Positions 58,902-64,000 of a DNA stretch of 64,000 bases are shown here, piece after piece (position 1 is the stretch's first letter; each line of letters starts with the position of its first letter). The notes beneath the pieces are model-generated. The model saw only the letters and a program-made list of their open reading frames with translations. It was not told the origin of the DNA and did not search any database. The translations under genes and the position numbers were made by a program. This stretch comes from a virus (Duplodnaviria > Heunggongvirae > Uroviricota > Caudoviricetes): positions 10,565 through 74,564 of IMG/VR virus record IMGVR_UViG_2737471844_000002, one strand, 5' to 3'.

Positions 58902-59088
58902 GCCAGCTAACCACTTCGCCGGGCGTCATCATGAAGATTTCGGCGGGCGACCAGTTAAAAATAACGGCAATATCTGCCACAAAGTCTTCTATGTGCTCAA
59001 AGCACACAACCGTGATCAGGCTTCCGTCGCCTGTTCGTTCTTCCCGCCAGAGTCCGCACCGCTCAAAAAATTTACGGCAACCACACAT
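58852..59088 (-). CDS. E-prime frame of tail chaperone (expressed as E+E-prime by -1 frameshift)
   Basis: ORF in the -1 frame relative to E, overlapping the E 3-prime end and the T start; a slippery heptamer lies in the overlap. Confidence 0.55.
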   Translation of the reverse strand: MCGCRKFFERCGLWREERTGDGSLITVVCFEHIEDFVADIAVIFNWSPAEIFMMTPGEVVSWRERAALRSGNADNEDS

Positions 59089-59381
59089 AACTGAATAAAG
59101 TCACTGGATGCCATTTTTTTGATCGTCACTTCATCCAGTCGCGGTGATGTCACGCGTGACAGCAGAGTAAACATGGATTCCGCTTTCAGATTCAGCACAT
59201 CAGACAGCGACAAATCTCGCAGAGATCCAGCCTGCTCAATAGCCCCGGTAATCTCCACATACGTGATTTTTTCGCCGCCTCGCTCAATTGGTTGGGTAAG
59301 TTTTACACCACGTTCACTGGTTTCTTTCACAGTGTCAGCAACTACCGTGTTTTCGGTATCGATGTTTTTCGTCTCTTTCAT
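59016..59381 (-). CDS. E: tail assembly chaperone gpE
   Basis: 121-aa ORF between FII and T on the minus strand. Confidence 0.6.
   Translation of the reverse strand: MKETKNIDTENTVVADTVKETSERGVKLTQPIERGGEKITYVEITGAIEQAGSLRDLSLSDVLNLKAESMFTLLSRVTSPRLDEVTIKKMASSDFIQLCVVAVNFLSGADSGGKNEQATEA
59034..59040 (-). other. programmed -1 frameshift slippery heptamer T_TTT_TTG
   Basis: On the coding (minus) strand the E frame reads aaT TTT TTG agc (N F L S); shifting -1 gives TTT TTT GAG (F F E), which matches the KFFE start of the E-prime frame. Confidence 0.55.
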
Positions 59382-59435
59382 CAGGAAATTCCTTTCAGTC
59401 AGAGGCGACGCACTGCGCCGCCTGCATATTACTTA

Positions 59436-59948
59436 TCAGCCAAGCCCGAGCGCGGAACGGATGCGATCGGGCACAATGTCCTTGCCGTCCTTCCGGTAAA
59501 TGAAGTTCAGCAGGTCAATCTCCCACAACGGGCGATCGTTAACACTCAGCTTGTAGTAGGTGTTTTTAATGGCGTAAGTGTGTGATGTGGCTTCGCCCTG
59601 TTTGGCTTCCCCCATATCAATTTCCGTCACACGTCCGCGCATTTCGACTTCATACAGGTCGCTTTCTGCATCGGTGTAGTATTCACCCGCAAAACGCAGC
59701 AGCGTGCCGTCAATCGTGCCGCCATACTTAAGGAACAGCTCACGAACTGCGCCCCCCATGACAAAGCTCGCATCAAGCGCGGAGTCGTCCAGACCGAGAT
59801 CAATACTTACCGCACCCATCATGCCACCACCCCGGTAGCTGTCGGTTTTGCGCGTCAGCTTAGGCAGAGTGACGGACGTCACCTTACCCACTTCGTTTTC
59901 ACCATCCACAAACAGCGTAAAAAAGCGAAGATGTTTTGGTACAGCCAT
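59436..59948 (-). CDS. FII: tail tube protein gpFII
   Basis: 170-aa ORF; P2 FII-like. Confidence 0.8.
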   Translation of the reverse strand: MAVPKHLRFFTLFVDGENEVGKVTSVTLPKLTRKTDSYRGGGMMGAVSIDLGLDDSALDASFVMGGAVRELFLKYGGTIDGTLLRFAGEYYTDAESDLYEVEMRGRVTEIDMGEAKQGEATSHTYAIKNTYYKLSVNDRPLWEIDLLNFIYRKDGKDIVPDRIRSALGLG

Positions 59949-61132
59949 CAGGCACCTCCCAGCACCGCAAATGCGGGACCAAAGAATTCATCAGTAAACG
60001 ACTGGTAAAGCTCCATGTCTTCCAGCGGGGGAACAGGCGTATATTTGTAGCGAATACGCACGCGCCCCTGACGTAAATTCGTGGTGCCGTTATCCACCAC
60101 GTCATACCAGCACGACGCCCCAATCAGTTTCCCGGCAGTAACCAGTGAATCCAGTTTTGCCCTGATGGCACTGATAACATCTTTCACGTTCGCAGGCGTC
60201 AGTGGACTGTCGATGGTTTCAAACTGCGCTTCCGCAATTGAATCAGCCAGCACCTGTGCGGTTCGGGTATACACCTCAAAGATGTAGGCGTTCGTTTCCG
60301 GTGTGCGGTTGCCCCAGAAGCGGAACCCGTTGCGACGAATAATGGTCGTGATTTCTTTGTTGTTGAGGCTGTTGGCATCACTGTCTTCGGCCTGCAACGA
60401 CCAGAACACATGCCTGGACATCCCCAGCACATTTTTAACCGGAACGTTGGACAGCGATTTGTGCCAGCCCTGCTCATGGTCAATGTACGCACGAAGGCCG
60501 CACGCATAGGCAGGCGCGGGGAACGTTTCGTTTTTGCCACTTTTCGGGTTGTAGGCGATGAAGTCCGGCCATAAGAGCATCACCTCACGTTCGTTGAATT
60601 TCTGGCGGTAGGTAATCGCCTCAGCCATCGTGTTACAGCCGTGACATGAGGCATACACAAACGCGCGCAGTTTACCCGCAATCACGCACAGGGATTTTGT
60701 TACCGCCTCCGTGTCCAGCTCCGGCGCGGCCAGAATACGCGGACGGTATCCGATGCTTTCATCCTGCTCTGCAACAAGCAGCGCATACATCCCCGTATAG
60801 CTGCCGTCAGATTCAGAACCACCGATAACCAGTTGATCCTGCGTTTTTCCGTCTTCTTCTTTGTGTTCAGCCACGCGAACGACGATCACCTTTGTGCTCA
60901 CCTGGTCTGCGATGGCCTTAAGCGCACGATAAAGCGTCCCCGTTGTTCCGCATTTTCCCAGCACGTCATTGACGCGGGTCAGCAGTGTGGGCTTGTTCAG
61001 CGGGAACAGCTCCGCATCCGCATCATCCGCCGTTGCCACGATACCGATAACACTGGAATCAACATCATTAATCGCTGTTACCAGGTCGGTACTTTCCGTA
61101 ACACGGGCACCATGAAAACGAGTTTCACTCAT
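59948..61132 (-). CDS. FI: tail sheath protein gpFI
   Basis: 394-aa ORF; strong resemblance to P2 FI (KLRAF.Y.S..GC.T..E...YRQ.F..RE.M..WPDF, GWHK.LSNV, LIRR.GFRFWGNRT). Confidence 0.85.
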   Translation of the reverse strand: MSETRFHGARVTESTDLVTAINDVDSSVIGIVATADDADAELFPLNKPTLLTRVNDVLGKCGTTGTLYRALKAIADQVSTKVIVVRVAEHKEEDGKTQDQLVIGGSESDGSYTGMYALLVAEQDESIGYRPRILAAPELDTEAVTKSLCVIAGKLRAFVYASCHGCNTMAEAITYRQKFNEREVMLLWPDFIAYNPKSGKNETFPAPAYACGLRAYIDHEQGWHKSLSNVPVKNVLGMSRHVFWSLQAEDSDANSLNNKEITTIIRRNGFRFWGNRTPETNAYIFEVYTRTAQVLADSIAEAQFETIDSPLTPANVKDVISAIRAKLDSLVTAGKLIGASCWYDVVDNGTTNLRQGRVRIRYKYTPVPPLEDMELYQSFTDEFFGPAFAVLGGA

Positions 61133-61289
61133 AGCTTCAGCCCCTTGTATCCGTTAAATGATTCGGCAACAATCATCACCCACCACGCGCGTAATCTCAC
61201 CCCTGCGCCATTCTCCCGCCACGGCGACAACAAAAAGCAGTAACCCCCTCCGCACGCACATGCGACCATGCCGCACAGGGAGGGAACAG

Positions 61290-62399
61290 ATGACCGACAC
61301 CACCATGCAATTGCTCAGTCAGGGCACAGACCCCGTGAAAATGCCGGATTTTGATATTCTCGCGGAGGGTAAAACGCTGTCAGGCGTGGCAGAGCGCCTG
61401 ATGAGCCTGTCACTGACCGACAACCGGGGATTTGAGGCGGACCAGCTCACCATCACGCTGGATGATGCGGATGGTCAGTTGCAGCTACCGCCACGGGGCG
61501 CGCGCCTGACGGTTCTCATTGGCTGGAAGGGAGAACCGCTGACAGAAAAAGGCACTTACATTGTTGATGAAATCGCTCACGAAGGACCGCCGGACAGGCT
61601 GACTGTTTCAGCCAGAAGCGCAGATTTTCGGGATGAATTTAACGTTAAACGTGAGGTGTCCTGGCATGATGTGACCGTTGAGAGTGTGGTATCCGCCATC
61701 GCTCATCGGTATGGTCTGAAACCGCAAATCAGCGAAATGCTGATGGATATCGAAATCGACCACGCCGACCAGACCGAAGAAAGCGACATGTCCTTTCTTA
61801 CGCGCATGGCGGAAATGCTGGGCGCAATCACCACCGTAAAAAGCGGCAATCTGTTATTCATCATGCCAGGTGGTGGCGTGAACGCACAGGGCCAGCCGTT
61901 GCCCTCGTTCGCCATTACACGCAGCAGCGGCGATCGCCATCAGTTCCGTATTGCTGACCGCGAGGCGTATACGGGGGTACGCGCCTACTGGCTTGATCTT
62001 AATTACGGGAAAAAGAAAAAAGTCAGCGTGAAACGCCGCAAACCGCCAAAACCCAAAAAGGAGAAAAGCAGCAGCCGTGAAGGTGATTATATGGAAGGCG
62101 CGGAAGGCAATGTGTTTGTGTTACGCAAGACTTATCAGAACGAGCAGGCAGCAAGACGCGCAGCGGCGGCAAAGTGGCAGCAACTACAACGCGGAGCCGC
62201 ATCATTCTCCATCACGCTGGCACGTGGACGAGCAGAACTCTACCCCGAAATGCATGGCACGGTAACAGGATTTAAAAGCGAGATTGATAATCAGGACTGG
62301 ATTATTGCAAAAGCCGAGCACACCATTGATAACAGTGGCTTTACCACGCAGCTTGAGCTTGAAGCCAAAATCCCGGAATGGATAGCAGAAACAGAGTAA
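61290..62399 (+). CDS. D: tail protein gpD
   Basis: ATG 61290 preceded by cagggaggg SD (track start 61158 is probably too far upstream); P2 gpD-like; on the opposite strand to FI-U. Confidence 0.75.
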   Translation: MTDTTMQLLSQGTDPVKMPDFDILAEGKTLSGVAERLMSLSLTDNRGFEADQLTITLDDADGQLQLPPRGARLTVLIGWKGEPLTEKGTYIVDEIAHEGPPDRLTVSARSADFRDEFNVKREVSWHDVTVESVVSAIAHRYGLKPQISEMLMDIEIDHADQTEESDMSFLTRMAEMLGAITTVKSGNLLFIMPGGGVNAQGQPLPSFAITRSSGDRHQFRIADREAYTGVRAYWLDLNYGKKKKVSVKRRKPPKPKKEKSSSREGDYMEGAEGNVFVLRKTYQNEQAARRAAAAKWQQLQRGAASFSITLARGRAELYPEMHGTVTGFKSEIDNQDWIIAKAEHTIDNSGFTTQLELEAKIPEWIAETE

Positions 62400-62513
62400 A
62401 CAACTTAGATGCATTAGCCCTGACATTTGCTAACGCGCTTACAGCAAGAATCATAACCAATCTGACAGCCTACCCGGTGTCAAAATCAGAAGAGCCTTAC
62501 ATTAGAATATGTT

Positions 62514-62532
62514 AATTTGTAGCAAACAAATT
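62514..62532. promoter_or_regulatory. inverted repeat (candidate operator) upstream of moron gene
   Basis: aatttgt agcaa acaaatt, 7-bp arms, within an AT-rich promoter-like region. Confidence 0.3.
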
Positions 62533-62593
62533 TACACACAAATGATTACTGCTGAAATAGCCCCCATAAATACCATGTCAAAGGATCCATGTT

Positions 62594-63259
62594 ATGAATA
62601 TGCAAATTTTTATCGCACCAGCAGCCACAGTTGCTGCAGTCTGCCTTGCTGCATATTTTGCTTTACGAAATGAACGTAAAAAGAAAGCACTTGAGATTAG
62701 AACAACTCAACTAGATCGAATATCAGAGCTAGTAAACCGAGCATCTACCAATTTGATGCAATATACAGGTACTCTTGCCTCTATACTGGAAGCGCACGCC
62801 AAAGATAATTATCTACCGAACAAAAAATTTGACATTAATGTAATTAGCAAATGGAAAGATTGCCTCGATGAGAGTGAGGTCTGGGCGATTGATAGACAGC
62901 AACTAAGAACATGTCAGCACAGTCTGGAGTTTCATCGTGAAAAAGAATGGGCTGAATGGAAAAAAATAATTCCACCATTACTTGATAAAATTGACCAATT
63001 TTTTCTCATATCTAAGCCAGGGCAACCTGTTACGTTTATAAATGGCCAAAACAAAACAGCTGATGAACTACTTGTTTTCTCAAGATATTTGAGAAAACAA
63101 ACAGCAGAAATTGAATCAGTACGTCAGCTGTTACTTTCTCAAATGAGAGAGGAATTCATCGAGTTAACTAGCTTTGAACCTGTCACAATGTTTAGCTTAT
63201 TTAAATCAATAAAGAAAAATGTCATGCAATTTTTCTGTATCAGTGCTCTTAAAAATTGA
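62594..63259 (+). CDS. membrane-anchored protein of unknown function (moron between D and ogr)
   Basis: 221-aa ORF; single N-terminal TM helix (IFIAPAATVAAVCLAAYFAL); strongly AT-rich; own terminator downstream. Confidence 0.5.
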   Translation: MNMQIFIAPAATVAAVCLAAYFALRNERKKKALEIRTTQLDRISELVNRASTNLMQYTGTLASILEAHAKDNYLPNKKFDINVISKWKDCLDESEVWAIDRQQLRTCQHSLEFHREKEWAEWKKIIPPLLDKIDQFFLISKPGQPVTFINGQNKTADELLVFSRYLRKQTAEIESVRQLLLSQMREEFIELTSFEPVTMFSLFKSIKKNVMQFFCISALKN

Positions 63260-63274
63260 CGCTCTGTTGCAAGC

Positions 63275-63297
63275 AACCCCAGTGTTAAACTGGGGTT
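63275..63297 (+). terminator. terminator-like hairpin
   Basis: aaccccagt gttaa actggggtt (9-bp stem) followed by attcttgc; flanked by an extra gcaag/cttgc pair. Confidence 0.5.
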
Positions 63298-63408
63298 ATT
63301 CTTGCTAAGAGACCTTTCTACGGCATCAGTAAACAAAACGAACTATCAGTTGGAGTCTGAGCAAGTTCAGCCTAAACTAGCGACAGCACTACGTTAAGGG
63401 AGGTCGCT

Positions 63409-63669
63409 ATGTTCCGTTGTCCGCTTTGTGGCGCATCTGCCCGTATCCGCACCAGTCGTCCGGAAAATGATTCAAACACCGTGCGGCAAAAGTATTACCA
63501 GTGTAACAACCTGGAATGCGGCGTATGCTTCTCAACACTGGAAGCTTTCCATAAATTCACATCGAAACACGCCTCCGGCATCCACTCTTCAGAAGATATC
63601 CCGTGGCATGAGCTGCCAGCTTCACACAGGGGAAACAATCAGATGAGCTTGCCTTTACCTCAGAATTAA
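63409..63669 (+). CDS. ogr: Ogr/Delta-family zinc-finger late transcription activator
   Basis: 86-aa ORF starting MFRCPLCG...RTSR...YYQCNNLECG; matches the Ogr C-x2-C ... C-x4-C zinc finger. Confidence 0.75.
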   Translation: MFRCPLCGASARIRTSRPENDSNTVRQKYYQCNNLECGVCFSTLEAFHKFTSKHASGIHSSEDIPWHELPASHRGNNQMSLPLPQN

Positions 63670-63859
63670 CAGGCAGAATTGCCGGAGTAACAAAAAAGCG
63701 ATAGATTACGCGCGGGTGCCTTTCGGCTGATGGTCGGAGGGAATACCCGAAGGCCAGATGTGGAAAGGCCCCGGAAAACATCTCTGTTTAACCGAGGCCC
63801 TAACCGCATTACCTTGACAAGTGAAAGGTTAGCGCCTCTCCGGAAAAGGAGCAAGTGCT

Positions 63860-64000
63860 ATGTCGCAAAAATCGCTTACGGCCATCACGTTCTGCGTGAC
63901 GGCAATCCTCATCATCTGGATGTTGCACGGTTCGCTGTGTGAAATACGGATGAGCTTCTGGGGAGCGGAGTTTGCGGCGTTCTTACAGTGTAAGCAGTAA
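63860..64000 (+). CDS. Hok/Gef-family type I toxin-like small membrane protein
   Basis: 46-codon ORF (below the ORF-track cutoff) with aaaaggag SD; hydrophobic helix then SLCEIR...EFAAFLQCKQ, resembling the Hok family (cf. HokA SLCELH...ELAAFLACK); overlapped by track ORF 63730-63942 in another frame (mok-like). Confidence 0.5.
   Translation: MSQKSLTAITFCVTAILIIWMLHGSLCEIRMSFWGAEFAAFLQCKQ

Noticed and set aside
1-64000. Searched for CRISPR arrays, tRNA, rRNA and integrase/transposase genes
   Set aside because: No regularly spaced direct repeats, no tRNA-like cloverleaf candidates and no recombinase-like ORFs were recognised. The Mu-like transposase and the P2 integrase would be expected outside this window.

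Overview
The window is almost entirely prophage DNA from two unrelated myovirus lineages lying back to back, all calls made by eye from the ORF translations with no database search. (1) Positions 1-32049 hold the semi-essential early region and the complete late region of a Mu-like transposable phage: DUF3164-like, GemA-like and Mor/C-like genes, a lysis cassette, gp27-like small terminase, an orphan DNA methyltransferase, large terminase, portal, F, G, I, major head, sheath, tube, tape measure, N, P, baseplate, and two tail-fibre/assembly pairs. (2) Positions 32184-63669 hold a P2-like prophage from replication gene A through Q, P, O, N, M, L, X, Y, lysis, R, S, V, W, J, I, H, G, the tail operon and ogr. 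The P2-like part carries three AT-rich cargo loci at the classical moron positions. The most notable, between A and the portal gene Q (the tin/old position), is a translationally coupled AAA+ ATPase (with C-terminal HTH) plus S8 subtilisin-like protease pair, a candidate anti-phage defence system, sitting beside a parMR partition cassette. The others are a GT9-like glycosyltransferase after G (the Z/fun position) and a membrane-anchored protein between D and ogr. Other points of interest: the FI-FII-E-T-U tail operon is inverted relative to the canonical P2 order; the two phages share a near-identical tail-fibre tip and assembly-protein module; a conserved 15-bp element precedes three late operons of the Mu-like phage; and a Hok-like toxin ORF lies at the window end. 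No rRNA, tRNA or CRISPR array was recognised.
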